Shown piece after piece: positions 1-9,086 of a stretch of 53,995 nucleotides of DNA. The DNA is from Ignisphaera sp. Lineage in GTDB: Archaea; Thermoproteota; Thermoprotei_A; Sulfolobales; Ignisphaeraceae. Under the pieces are notes generated by a model. That model saw only the letters and a list, made by a program, of their open reading frames with translations. It made no database searches and had not been told where the DNA came from. The translations under genes and the position numbers were made by a program. The DNA lies in contig JAWBDT010000014.1 of NCBI GenBank assembly GCA_038821645.1, forward strand, positions 1-53,995. Direction: 5' to 3'. Numbering within the stretch: the first letter of the stretch is position 1; each line of letters opens with the position of its first letter.

Positions 1-445
1 ATCTCTTATCGGGATCCACTAAACCATGCCATTTCTCTGGATACTCTCTCCAAGCTATAGAAAGAATCCTCATCTCTTCAACTAGTAATGAAAATTCTCC
101 TCTAAGTGTTCTCATAGGTTTTCCTTTTACACCAATAACATCACCAACATTAATTAATTCAACAACTTTCCAAAGATCTTCTCCTAGCACATCGTAACGA
201 AAAACAAGCTGAATAGTATCAGTCGAATCATCTAATACACCGAAAACTATCTTGCCATGTCTTCTTATACCCATGAGTCTGCCAGCAATACTATATCTAT
301 CTGAAGCTATATCACCGTTATTAAGATTGCTGTAAACCTTCTTTAGCGTTCTAACATCTGTATCAACATCGTATCTGTATTCACTTACATATGGATCAAT
401 ACCTAGATCTATAAATTTCCAAAATCTATGCTTCTCGATAGTCAT
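1..445 (-). CDS. lysS: Lysyl-tRNA synthetase, class II (N-terminal part; runs off window start)
   Basis: Not in ORF track. Manual translation from ATG at 445: MTIEKHRFWKFIDLGIDPY...SIAGRLMGIRRHGKIVFGVLDD...VGDVIGVKGKPMRTLRGEFSL...YPEKWHGLVDPDKR. This is the OB-fold anticodon domain plus the PxKxHGLxD motif of class II LysRS. Confidence 0.9.
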   Translation of the reverse strand, partial: MTIEKHRFWKFIDLGIDPYVSEYRYDVDTDVRTLKKVYSNLNNGDIASDRYSIAGRLMGIRRHGKIVFGVLDDSTDTIQLVFRYDVLGEDLWKVVELINVGDVIGVKGKPMRTLRGEFSLLVEEMRILSIAWREYPEKWHGLVDPDKR

Positions 446-503
446 ACTATTCACACATCATTTTGCTGTTTATACTCTAAAGAAAATAAGTATTGCTGTA
501 ACC

Positions 504-950
504 TTATAGACAGAAGCATGGTATAATCCCACTATAGGTAACAACAATATCAATACTATCTCCAGATTCTTTACCTAATTTTTTTCTAAGAAATACATCT
601 GATATTACCTCAAGAATTTGTCTACTATGCAATGTTATTTCAGGTCTTACAATATACACTTGCAAACAATCTATATATGCTTTCCATACATAAACTTTAC
701 CAAAACCTTCCATAGGTGGAGGAAGTATATATATAGGTCTATCAATACTAAAAACTGATTCAATAATGTCCACATATTCTCTATCTATGAGAATATTCAA
801 TGTTCCTGGATAGGGATTTATTCCCAAAATTCTTGATATACTGTTATTGTATAGCTGAACATATTTAGCACCTTCACCTAGTCCATCAACAACCTTACCC
901 TTAATAATGATGTAATCATCCTCACAGCGTTTCTCAACCATTACTAACAC
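504..950 (-). CDS. ribK: CTP-dependent riboflavin kinase (stand-alone, no HTH)
   Basis: Motifs GKVVDGLGEGAKY, PYPGTLN, LEVISDVFLRKKL. Confidence 0.85.
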   Translation of the reverse strand: MLVMVEKRCEDDYIIIKGKVVDGLGEGAKYVQLYNNSISRILGINPYPGTLNILIDREYVDIIESVFSIDRPIYILPPPMEGFGKVYVWKAYIDCLQVYIVRPEITLHSRQILEVISDVFLRKKLGKESGDSIDIVVTYSGIIPCFCL

Positions 951-1062
951 CTACTAAACCACACAACTAAATTTTCATGATATCACAACAAAAGTATTTT
1001 TCATATCTCTACCAATTAACTCCAATACACCATTTTCATCTAGTACATAGCTGAGTAATGTT

Positions 1063-1075
1063 GAAAAGTTATAAG
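1063..1075 (+). promoter_or_regulatory. BRE/TATA promoter for the C/D sRNA
   Basis: GAAAAG-TTATAAG about 25 nt upstream of the C box at 1100. Confidence 0.6.
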
Positions 1076-1094
1076 TTATGAAAATCTTTAGAAA

Positions 1095-1167
1095 TCTAGA
1101 TGATGATGTGGGCAGCAACAGATTACGGTCTAAAGGATGAAGAGCCCAAAAGCTCACTCTGAAAGAT
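1095..1167 (+). ncRNA. C/D box 2'-O-methylation guide sRNA
   Basis: C box ATGATGA 1100-1106, 12-nt guide, D' CAGA 1119-1122, C' ATGAAGA 1137-1143, 15-nt guide, D CTGA 1159-1162, with an upstream TATA box. Confidence 0.75.
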
Positions 1168-1721
1168 CTCTATGTATAGGATACTGTTGTATTTCTATAG
1201 ATGACTTCACATTTATTACAGATACCATATCAATGATCTTAATTCAGAAGGAACTATCTAAATGCTCTCTTAACCCGAAACTAATCAATAGACTTGAGAC
1301 ACTCAAGAATCTTTCGGTCAATTCTACAGAAAGATTTTCAGCATTAATCAACTATATGAAGAGTAATAAAAATAATGCTAATATTGAATCATATGTAAAT
1401 ACATTCTGCAACCTAGCCAACAATATTGTTGAGTTGAGAAATATTGTAAGAGAGCTACTTGAAGAATCATCAATAAGATTCTGTGACAATATCTCGAATA
1501 AATTAGAAGAACTTAGCAATAAAATTAACACAATAAGTGTAACATTTAGTACTTTAGCCTTAGCTGCTTTAGCTAAAATTAGTAATATGTACATGAACTT
1601 AAGCGGTAAGATAGCTTCATCATTAGCTTCACTAATTTTTTCATTTCTATTAGATATCCATACAGATAATGTTAGAAAAACTCTAACAATGTGCTATTCT
1701 ACAGATATTCAGGTTAAATAG
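1137..1721 (+). CDS. Hypothetical helical protein (true start may be ATG 1233)
   Basis: 194-aa ORF with no recognised motif; the annotated ATG coincides with the sRNA C' box. Confidence 0.55.
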   Translation: MKSPKAHSERSLCIGYCCISIDDFTFITDTISMILIQKELSKCSLNPKLINRLETLKNLSVNSTERFSALINYMKSNKNNANIESYVNTFCNLANNIVELRNIVRELLEESSIRFCDNISNKLEELSNKINTISVTFSTLALAALAKISNMYMNLSGKIASSLASLIFSFLLDIHTDNVRKTLTMCYSTDIQVK

Positions 1722-1803
1722 ATAATAACTTCTTCCTACAATAACTCAGACTTAAGCTCTACAAGCTATAGCTATGACCTAGATAACTGGAAATGTACAC
1801 ATA

Positions 1804-2241
1804 CTACTTTTTACCCTTGGCTACAGACACTGATACTGACTTACTACGTTCTACAGCTGATTTGTATCCTATATAATACCCTATTACAATAGCCATTATT
1901 GCTACAAAAACTACTACACTTGTAACTAGTTGAGGATTTATTGCCAAATCTACGGTCACAACACTTGTTACTGTGCGTGTATGAAATATTACAAGCTCTT
2001 TAGTTATAGTAATAGTTACTGTAGTGACATTTTGAGCTTCATTGATCTGTGTATCCATAGCTGTTGTATTTGTATTAGATACCTGTATCTCGACTTCATA
2101 AGTAGTTGTGTTAGTATTAGTATCAATCTTTACCTCAGTTAACAATAAATCATGTCCATATGCTATGATGCAATACATTAAGTTAACACTAATTATAGTA
2201 AAAATAAATATCAACATTATGCCAAATCTCATCATGTTCAT
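1804..2241 (-). CDS. Thr-rich surface/membrane protein
   Basis: N-terminal hydrophobic signal, Thr-rich linker, C-terminal TM helix and basic tail. Confidence 0.65.
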   Translation of the reverse strand: MNMMRFGIMLIFIFTIISVNLMYCIIAYGHDLLLTEVKIDTNTNTTTYEVEIQVSNTNTTAMDTQINEAQNVTTVTITITKELVIFHTRTVTSVVTVDLAINPQLVTSVVVFVAIMAIVIGYYIGYKSAVERSKSVSVSVAKGKK

Positions 2242-2453
2242 TAATGCTTCACCTCACTCAAAGAATTTAGGAAACAAATAAAAATATTGATGATAAATAC
2301 AGATCGTCTCTACATAAAACGAGCAACATAGTTAAATATTATATACATCATTAAACAAATCTATCAATGTTAATATCAATAATAGAATAGTGTATTAATG
2401 TAGAGTTATGATTTACAAAATTTATAAAAGATTCACAAATTAAGATACTGAAA

Positions 2454-3368
2454 TTGAACGGAATGAGTATAATGCGTCTAAACGTCATTAAACCTTTTGA
2501 TCCCTGGAAATCTGAGCTCTGTACATGTCCATACAAATGGGTACTACATCCATATACTGGATGTAGCCATAACTGTTTGTATTGTTATGCAACAAGCTAT
2601 ATCCCTAGACATAGTAGTGTAAGAGCTAAAGAAAGATTCCTTGATAGATTAGTAAAGGATGTTATGAAGCTTCCCAAGAATTCGTTAATAGAAATGTCTT
2701 CTAGTAGTGATCCTTATCCAGCGATAGAGATTAGTTATCGATTAACTAGAAGTGCTTTAGAGATACTGCTTAGTCATGGATTTAAGGTTCTCATCGTAAC
2801 CAAAAGCTCTATGGTTACACGAGATCTAGACATATTGAAAAAGTATAGAGATAATGTAGTTGTATCAATAACTATTACAACACTAGATAGTTCTGTATCT
2901 AGTAAATTGGAGCCTAATGCTCCTTTACCTAATGAGAGAATAAAAGCTATAGAAATTCTCACAAAAAATGGTTTAAATGTTGTTGCAAGAATAGATCCAA
3001 TAATACCATACATAAATGATGAATATAATGATTTAAGGAAACTAATTAAATTGTTGAGTATCGTTGGAGTTAAGCAGATAACTACATCAACATATAAAGC
3101 GAGAAGTGATAGTTTGACAAGAATTATTAAAGCTTTTCCTAATATTAAAGATAGATTGATTGAAATGTATAACAAAGATTCTTCAGAATACATCCATGGC
3201 TACCGTTATCTGAAATCCAGCATAAGGTTTCACTATATGACCATGATTAGAGAAATTGTAACAGAAGAAGGATTAGTTTTTGGAACATGTAGAGAGGGTT
3301 TCAAAAATCTTAATACACCTGGATTTGAATGTGATGGTTCAACATTTATGTATATATCTCAGAATTAG
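2454..3368 (+). CDS. Radical SAM protein, spore-photoproduct-lyase-like family (COG1533)
   Basis: PYTGCSHNCLYCYA (CxxxCxxC), SSSDPY, LEPNAP. Confidence 0.85.
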   Translation: MNGMSIMRLNVIKPFDPWKSELCTCPYKWVLHPYTGCSHNCLYCYATSYIPRHSSVRAKERFLDRLVKDVMKLPKNSLIEMSSSSDPYPAIEISYRLTRSALEILLSHGFKVLIVTKSSMVTRDLDILKKYRDNVVVSITITTLDSSVSSKLEPNAPLPNERIKAIEILTKNGLNVVARIDPIIPYINDEYNDLRKLIKLLSIVGVKQITTSTYKARSDSLTRIIKAFPNIKDRLIEMYNKDSSEYIHGYRYLKSSIRFHYMTMIREIVTEEGLVFGTCREGFKNLNTPGFECDGSTFMYISQN

Positions 3369-3384
3369 ATATCCTCATATCTAG

Positions 3385-4347
3385 TTAATACTTCCTTGGG
3401 TATTGTTTTTCAAATTTCTTGACCTTTCTATACCTTTTCTTTGGGTAAAACACTACATCAACATGATATATGAGTTCAGACACCTCTCTACATATTATAT
3501 TTACTGTTTCCCTAAGCTTATGAGCTTCACCTATTGTTATTCTAGGATCTAGGTATATCTCCACCTTAGCTATGTAAATTGATCCAATCTTCTTAAGCTC
3601 AACATTACCTAAGACTACTTTATCACTGACAATCCTATTGAGTCTTGATACAAGTTCTATTTTTAAATGGAGATGAGATTCAAAACCCAGAAGAGGCTTT
3701 AGTATGTCCTTAACCAGATTCAGAAGTGTCTGTAGAGCTACAAAAAACACAAATAATACTACAGCAAGCTCTATAATTAAGTTCTTCGTTAATGCTGTTA
3801 ATACTATCCCTATAGAGGCTATTATCGATACTATAATATCTATCACAGCATGTGTTGAATCTATCTTCAATATTTCTATCTTTAATCTCTTGTAAGCTTT
3901 CTTCTCTATATAGAATGTGGCAATTGTTATGATACCTCCAATAGCTGTAACTATTGCCAAGTAAGCATTAGTTGTTGAAGGTTCCATTATTGAAGTAGAA
4001 TATACCGATAAATACTCCATCAACGACAATAGATAGAAACTAAAAACAACAAGAATCACGAAAATAGATATTATGTACTCCAATATGAATATACTCCAAT
4101 CAAACTTTCTATAAATTTTGGATATAATGAAAAACATTATTAGTGAAATAATCTCTAGAGCTGTGTCTACAATCCAGTGAACAACATCTGTATAAAGTAT
4201 CATTGAAGAATACATGTATGCAAAAATAAACTCTATAACCAGACCTGTGATAGAGAGAATAACAACTACCATGAGTATCTTATACGTTTCTCTAAGTCTA
4301 TATCTAATTTCTTTCATGTTTGCATTCATCGATACCCCCACATCCAA
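3385..4347 (-). CDS. Cation diffusion facilitator (CDF) transporter
   Basis: About 6 TM helices, DVVH and HAVID metal sites, C-terminal dimerisation domain (EAHKLRE...HVDV). Confidence 0.8.
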   Translation of the reverse strand: MDVGVSMNANMKEIRYRLRETYKILMVVVILSITGLVIEFIFAYMYSSMILYTDVVHWIVDTALEIISLIMFFIISKIYRKFDWSIFILEYIISIFVILVVFSFYLLSLMEYLSVYSTSIMEPSTTNAYLAIVTAIGGIITIATFYIEKKAYKRLKIEILKIDSTHAVIDIIVSIIASIGIVLTALTKNLIIELAVVLFVFFVALQTLLNLVKDILKPLLGFESHLHLKIELVSRLNRIVSDKVVLGNVELKKIGSIYIAKVEIYLDPRITIGEAHKLRETVNIICREVSELIYHVDVVFYPKKRYRKVKKFEKQYPRKY

Positions 4348-4488
4348 TCATGTCTACTTAAATTATACTGAATTGTATGGACGTAATTCATACAAACATT
4401 ATTTCTGTTGCTTGTACAGAAATCTATGTGCTTCTGAACCTAGATATTGGTACATAATCTTATTCAATTTATACAACTAACAATTATT

Positions 4489-4576
4489 TGGTGCGGGGGG
4501 TGGGATTTGAACCCACGCAGGCCTACGCCATCGGGTCCTAAGCCCGACCCCTTTGACCTGGCTCGGGCACCCCCGC
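4489..4576 (-). tRNA. tRNA-Leu(UAG), intronless, CCA encoded
   Basis: Reverse complement GCGGGGGTGCCCGAGCCAGGTCAAAGGGGTCGGGCT-TAG-GACCCGATGGCGTAGGCCTGCGTGGGTTCAAATCCCACCCCCCGCACCA: cloverleaf with long variable arm. Confidence 0.97.
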
Positions 4577-4640
4577 ACCAATATGGAATACCGTAAATTC
4601 TTATTTAAGCTGGAGTTTATATCTCTTATCTTAAATATCT

Positions 4641-4952
4641 CTAATATAACTGAAATTCAATTATATACACTTCTGAATCTATATTTATTCTTCTGCTACC
4701 ATATATTTTAGCTAATGATTTTATTAAGTCCTCTATACTTTTAAACCCATCGCTTCTTATTTCTTCATCACTAAGATCCTTCAATTTTTTTCTATAAATT
4801 CTCTTTATCAATGCTTTACCTATTCTAACGTGACCCACGTATACCTCTACTATATCTCCCTCTCTTAGATTTGTAGAAAGTCTTATTGTGGTGGTTTTCT
4901 CACCAGATAGTATTTTTCCAGCATAATCAAGCTTGAATACCAGTTTTTTCAT
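4641..4952 (-). CDS. ASCH domain protein
   Basis: ILSGEKTTTIR (GxKxxTxR) and DGF motifs. Confidence 0.85.
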   Translation of the reverse strand: MKKLVFKLDYAGKILSGEKTTTIRLSTNLREGDIVEVYVGHVRIGKALIKRIYRKKLKDLSDEEIRSDGFKSIEDLIKSLAKIYGSRRINIDSEVYIIEFQLY

Positions 4953-4955
4953 CTT

Positions 4956-5576
4956 TTATTCCTTTTCTTCATATTCTTCTTCATCGAATGGTGACTTTAC
5001 TATCAGATAACCACTCTTTATTATGCCCAGAACATCTCTATACGCTACTTCTCGAGCTATCTCTGCAAACGCTTCTAAAGGTATTTCAGATCTTACTTTT
5101 ATTTCAAGTTTTCGAGCCAGATTCTTGACAGCTTTAAGACATCTTTCAGCAATACTACATACATCGCATCTACATGATTCACCTTTGACAAGAACAAACC
5201 CTACATCCTCATCAGCAAAACCACCTTTATCAGCATATATCTTTAGTTTTATACCTTCTTCACTATCTAGCTCTACATCATATACCAAGAAGAATCTAGC
5301 TGCTATATAGAATCTACCATTCCTATAAGTTACTAGACCGTTTTTACGAAGACTATGAAGATGTCTATATATTGCTGTTCTAGAAAAACCTAGGGCTGTA
5401 GCTATATCTAGTGCTGAGGTATAGCCTTTTGCCATTAATGACATTATTGAGCATCTAACATCATTTAAGATGCATCCTAGAAACGTTCTATAGTTAATTA
5501 ATCTAATTAAGTCTATATCTTCTGGATATCCTTTAGGTAGAGATAGGGCCTTCATCCTCTTCAGCGACTCTAACAC
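4956..5576 (-). CDS. ArsR-like wHTH transcriptional regulator with C-terminal Cys cluster
   Basis: ALDIATALGFSRTAIYRHLHSLRKNGLV HTH; CRCDVCSIAERC. Confidence 0.8.
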   Translation of the reverse strand: MLESLKRMKALSLPKGYPEDIDLIRLINYRTFLGCILNDVRCSIMSLMAKGYTSALDIATALGFSRTAIYRHLHSLRKNGLVTYRNGRFYIAARFFLVYDVELDSEEGIKLKIYADKGGFADEDVGFVLVKGESCRCDVCSIAERCLKAVKNLARKLEIKVRSEIPLEAFAEIAREVAYRDVLGIIKSGYLIVKSPFDEEEYEEKE

Positions 5577-5738
5577 GACTCACCACCAGGTTGGATATAT
5601 TTGATTTTGAATATTTAATATCTTTCTGGAAAACCTAACGAATAGTTAACTCTTATAGTTAGTTAACCTTACAGTGCTTCGAGCACCTTTACAGAGAGCT
5701 TATAGATCAACGTCGAGTATCGCTTGTATCTAGATACC

Positions 5739-6195
5739 ATGAGGAGATTCGATAAATCTATGGGAGGCAATGTAGCGAGTAGAGACATGAACATCAACAG
5801 ACTCGACCTAGTGGCGATAAGCAACGATTATGAAGTCTTGTAGATATATGTAGCTAGATTTTCACAAGTTCTAGTCAGAGGCTTCCCCAAGAGAAGAGCT
5901 TGAAGAATCATTGAGGAAAGATACATGGTGTTCTTAAGCATGTCTACCACCACAGTACTTGGTTATTGTCTTCAAGGACCTAAGCATAGTTGGTTACCTA
6001 AAATACTACTGTAGAAATGGTGAAAGAAGAATCAATAACTACGAAGTATCTATATTCATGTCGAGTCGAGAGAAACAATCAATTCACGAGAATACAGAAG
6101 CTATGAAGAAACTGAGATTGGATACGCACAATGCTAATGTGTATCTAATTGCATCAAGAGCTCTAAGCATTCTAAATAACTCTATAAAGACCTAA
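5739..6195 (+). pseudogene. Degenerate IS200/IS605-family TnpB (OrfB) remnant
   Basis: Stop- and frameshift-interrupted fragments in colinear order: DMNINRLDLVAI (RuvC-I-like), FSQVLVRGFPKRRA, LKHVYHH, VIVFKDL, MKKLRLDTHNANVYLIASRAL. The last resembles the LDRHxASAYxIAxRxL C-terminus of crenarchaeal OrfB. Confidence 0.7.
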
Positions 6196-6226
6196 AGAAA
6201 AGGATCATCTACAATACTTGATTATC

Positions 6227-6967
6227 CTATATGTGTTTCAACAGATTGTGAGTATTTCTTGAAACAGCTTCGTACACTTCTTCTTCGCTAATTTTCTTGA
6301 TCATAGCTATGTACTTAATAACATTAGGTATCTGCTTTGGATGTAACTCTAAGCCTTTATATTCATAGGGGGCATCGCTTTCAACCAATATCATGTCTAT
6401 AGGGGCTTGTACTACTACATCTTTTTGTTTTTGTTGAATAGTTATCGCAGGATTTACAGTTATTAGATAGCCTCTATCGTTTATCTCTTTAATAAGTTCT
6501 AAAGGACCTGTATACCAATGAATTATAGCCATTGATATATCATTCTTGGTAAGCATATTGAGCATCTCTCTCCAAGCACCAGCTGCATGAATGTTTAAAA
6601 TCATATTCATTTCTTTGGCTAGTTCGATAAATATCTCAAAAACTTTTAATTGATGATGATACGTATCCTGCTTGAATCTCTTATCTAAACCCACCTCACC
6701 CAGAATCCTAATTTCGTTACCTTTTTCTCTAACTAGATCTGATATTTTTTTCGCTTCATCAATAGAGTTTGCATCTACAGACCAGGGATGTAGACCTACA
6801 GACGGTATGATCCATCTATATCTTTTCGCAAGATCTAATGTTCTTATAGATGATCGATAATCATCACTTACAGCTATAAGATGTGTGACTAACTTCTCTA
6901 TATCTTTAATTTCTTCATCAGGAAACTCATGAATATGACAATGAGCATCAATAATAATATTACCCAC
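6227..6967 (-). CDS. tatD: TatD-family metal-dependent DNase
   Basis: IDAHCH, GLHPW, GEVGLD, IHA, IHWY, LVESDAPY. Confidence 0.92.
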   Translation of the reverse strand: MGNIIIDAHCHIHEFPDEEIKDIEKLVTHLIAVSDDYRSSIRTLDLAKRYRWIIPSVGLHPWSVDANSIDEAKKISDLVREKGNEIRILGEVGLDKRFKQDTYHHQLKVFEIFIELAKEMNMILNIHAAGAWREMLNMLTKNDISMAIIHWYTGPLELIKEINDRGYLITVNPAITIQQKQKDVVVQAPIDMILVESDAPYEYKGLELHPKQIPNVIKYIAMIKKISEEEVYEAVSRNTHNLLKHI

Positions 6968-6969
6968 TT

Positions 6970-8103
6970 CTATTGTTTCTCACCTAATACAAAACTCTTT
7001 ATTTTATTGAACGGTACATGTATGAACTCTGTATATGTGTCTAAAGGTAGGTAAACAAATCTATTCATTTTATACATAGGATTTACACTACCAATTATAT
7101 TAAGTTTATACCCACAGAACCCACATCTTGAATCATTTCGTATATTTGATTCAACTATATCGAATCCTATTCTCTTTATTACTGGTCTTCCACAATTTGG
7201 ACAGTATGTGTGTTCATAATTATGACCAGGTACGTTTCCTATATACACGTGTTTTAAGCCCTCATTTCTAGCTATTTCTATATGTTTTTCAAGAACCTTT
7301 ACCGATGTTGCTGGAACATCAATCATTTTGTAATCTGGATGAAACCTTAAGAAATGTACTGGTGTCTCTGGACCTAGGTTTTCTGTTATCCATATAGCTA
7401 GTTTACGTACCTTATCTAGATCTTCACTATATCTAGGTATTACTAGATCTGTTATTTCAATAAATATTCCTCTCTTTTTCAATTCAATTAAAGCATTAAA
7501 CACTTGTTCTACATTAGGTACATAACAAATCTTTTTAGCAAGTTCTGGATCGCCATGACCTTTGAGATCTACTGTAACAGCATCTATAAATTTAGAAACA
7601 AGATCTATAGTTTCATCAGTCATATAACCATTTGTAACCATGGTATTAAATAGATTATGTTTTTTTGCCAGTATACCCACATCGTATGCATATTCTATGA
7701 ATACCACAGGCTCGTTGTAAGTATAAGTAATGCCTTGTGCACCATAGGCTAAAGCTAGCTCGACTGCAAGTTCTGGTGAAACTTTCCAGCCAGCTATTAC
7801 TTTCCTTTGTGATATATCCCAATTTTGACAAAACTGACATGCCCAACTACATCCTGTTGTAGACATTGAGAAAACCATCGAGCCTGGATAAAAATGATAG
7901 AGAGGCTTCTTCTCTATAGGGTCTATAGCAACAGCTATAGCAATTCCGTGTGAAACTAGATAAAGCTTTCCATCAAAATTCCATCTTATTCCACAGAAAC
8001 CATACAAAGAATCACCTATCTTACATCTTCTTGGACAAGCCATACATTCGACAAGTTTTTTGTCAGGATCTATGATCCTGTAAAGTAATGCTTCTTTAGG
8101 CAT
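6970..8103 (-). CDS. amrS: AmmeMemoRadiSam system radical SAM enzyme
   Basis: CMACPRRC, DPIEKKPLYHFYPG, GCSWACQFCQNWDISQ, YTYNEP, RFHPDY, YIGNV, TYCPNC. Confidence 0.88.
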   Translation of the reverse strand: MPKEALLYRIIDPDKKLVECMACPRRCKIGDSLYGFCGIRWNFDGKLYLVSHGIAIAVAIDPIEKKPLYHFYPGSMVFSMSTTGCSWACQFCQNWDISQRKVIAGWKVSPELAVELALAYGAQGITYTYNEPVVFIEYAYDVGILAKKHNLFNTMVTNGYMTDETIDLVSKFIDAVTVDLKGHGDPELAKKICYVPNVEQVFNALIELKKRGIFIEITDLVIPRYSEDLDKVRKLAIWITENLGPETPVHFLRFHPDYKMIDVPATSVKVLEKHIEIARNEGLKHVYIGNVPGHNYEHTYCPNCGRPVIKRIGFDIVESNIRNDSRCGFCGYKLNIIGSVNPMYKMNRFVYLPLDTYTEFIHVPFNKIKSFVLGEKQ

Positions 8104-8177
8104 ACATATTTCCCTTCACTATCAATGTTACTATCTGTAGATATACAATAACCCTAAAATAATGTTGCGTACAATAC

Positions 8178-9086
8178 TTATATCTTTATATAGTTGCTAC
8201 ATAAATGTATGAGAGGTACTATGTCCCTCTCTCCCCTCCTAATTGTTCCATCATCATTAAGTTTATCTGTAGGTTGAGAACATATCCATGATTTTCTCTT
8301 AAGTCTATTCCTATACTGAATAACATCCTTGTATAATGCAGAACAAAAATGTACAGAGATGTTTAGATTTTCTTGGAAAGCTTTCTCTATTACCTTTTTT
8401 GCTACTTCAGCACTACCACGAACACTTCTACCATCATCACTAAGTTTAAATCCTCGAATAAGTATGTCTTCTACATTTGTTTCACTAACCTCGAGTTCAT
8501 TTATGTTGACAAATTTTGCACCACTTTTTTCAGCATCTATGACTATCCTCCATAACCAATCAAAATCTAGTAAAGCAGGAACCTCGATACCTACATCCAT
8601 GTTCGTTTCTCTAACAGTAAATTCAACAAGTCTCATTATACTCCTATCAACTATATGAAACCTTATTTCATCTAGTCCTAGAGATGCTAGATATTTTATG
8701 GCTTCCTTAGTTGTTCCGAAGCCTGAGGAATATAGATGTATATGAAACTTTTCCCCAAATACATCCTTAAGAGTCTTAATAATATTTGCAACAATGTAGT
8801 AGACCTGGAAGGGTTCACCACCTGTTATAGACGCTCCTTCTGCTTTTATAAAAACAATTTCATCTACGATATCCACCATCGTTGCAAATCTCTCTTCATC
8901 AACATAGAATGCATTAGGTTTTCTACGCTCAAAACTTATAGGACAATAAAAACAATCAACACCACAAGTACCAGAAACAAATATAACTGATTTAGATCCC
9001 TTGATACAGTACCTACATCCATTAGGAATTTCACCATACCATGTACCTAAAACTCCATAACTATGTACCTTATGTGCAAAGCCCAT
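8178..9086 (-). CDS. Radical SAM protein (COG2108-like)
   Basis: GCRYC, GTCGVDCFYCP, ITGGEP, LDEIRFH, NINELE. Confidence 0.85.
   Translation of the reverse strand: MGFAHKVHSYGVLGTWYGEIPNGCRYCIKGSKSVIFVSGTCGVDCFYCPISFERRKPNAFYVDEERFATMVDIVDEIVFIKAEGASITGGEPFQVYYIVANIIKTLKDVFGEKFHIHLYSSGFGTTKEAIKYLASLGLDEIRFHIVDRSIMRLVEFTVRETNMDVGIEVPALLDFDWLWRIVIDAEKSGAKFVNINELEVSETNVEDILIRGFKLSDDGRSVRGSAEVAKKVIEKAFQENLNISVHFCSALYKDVIQYRNRLKRKSWICSQPTDKLNDDGTIRRGERDIVPLIHLCSNYIKI

Noticed and set aside
5959-6195. 78-aa ORF as an independent gene
   Set aside because: Better explained as the terminal fragment of the TnpB pseudogene
4489-6200. tRNA-integrated element (tRNA, ASCH, HTH, TnpB relic)
   Set aside because: No integrase and no duplicated tRNA end (att) seen; the genes lie on the 5' side of the tRNA
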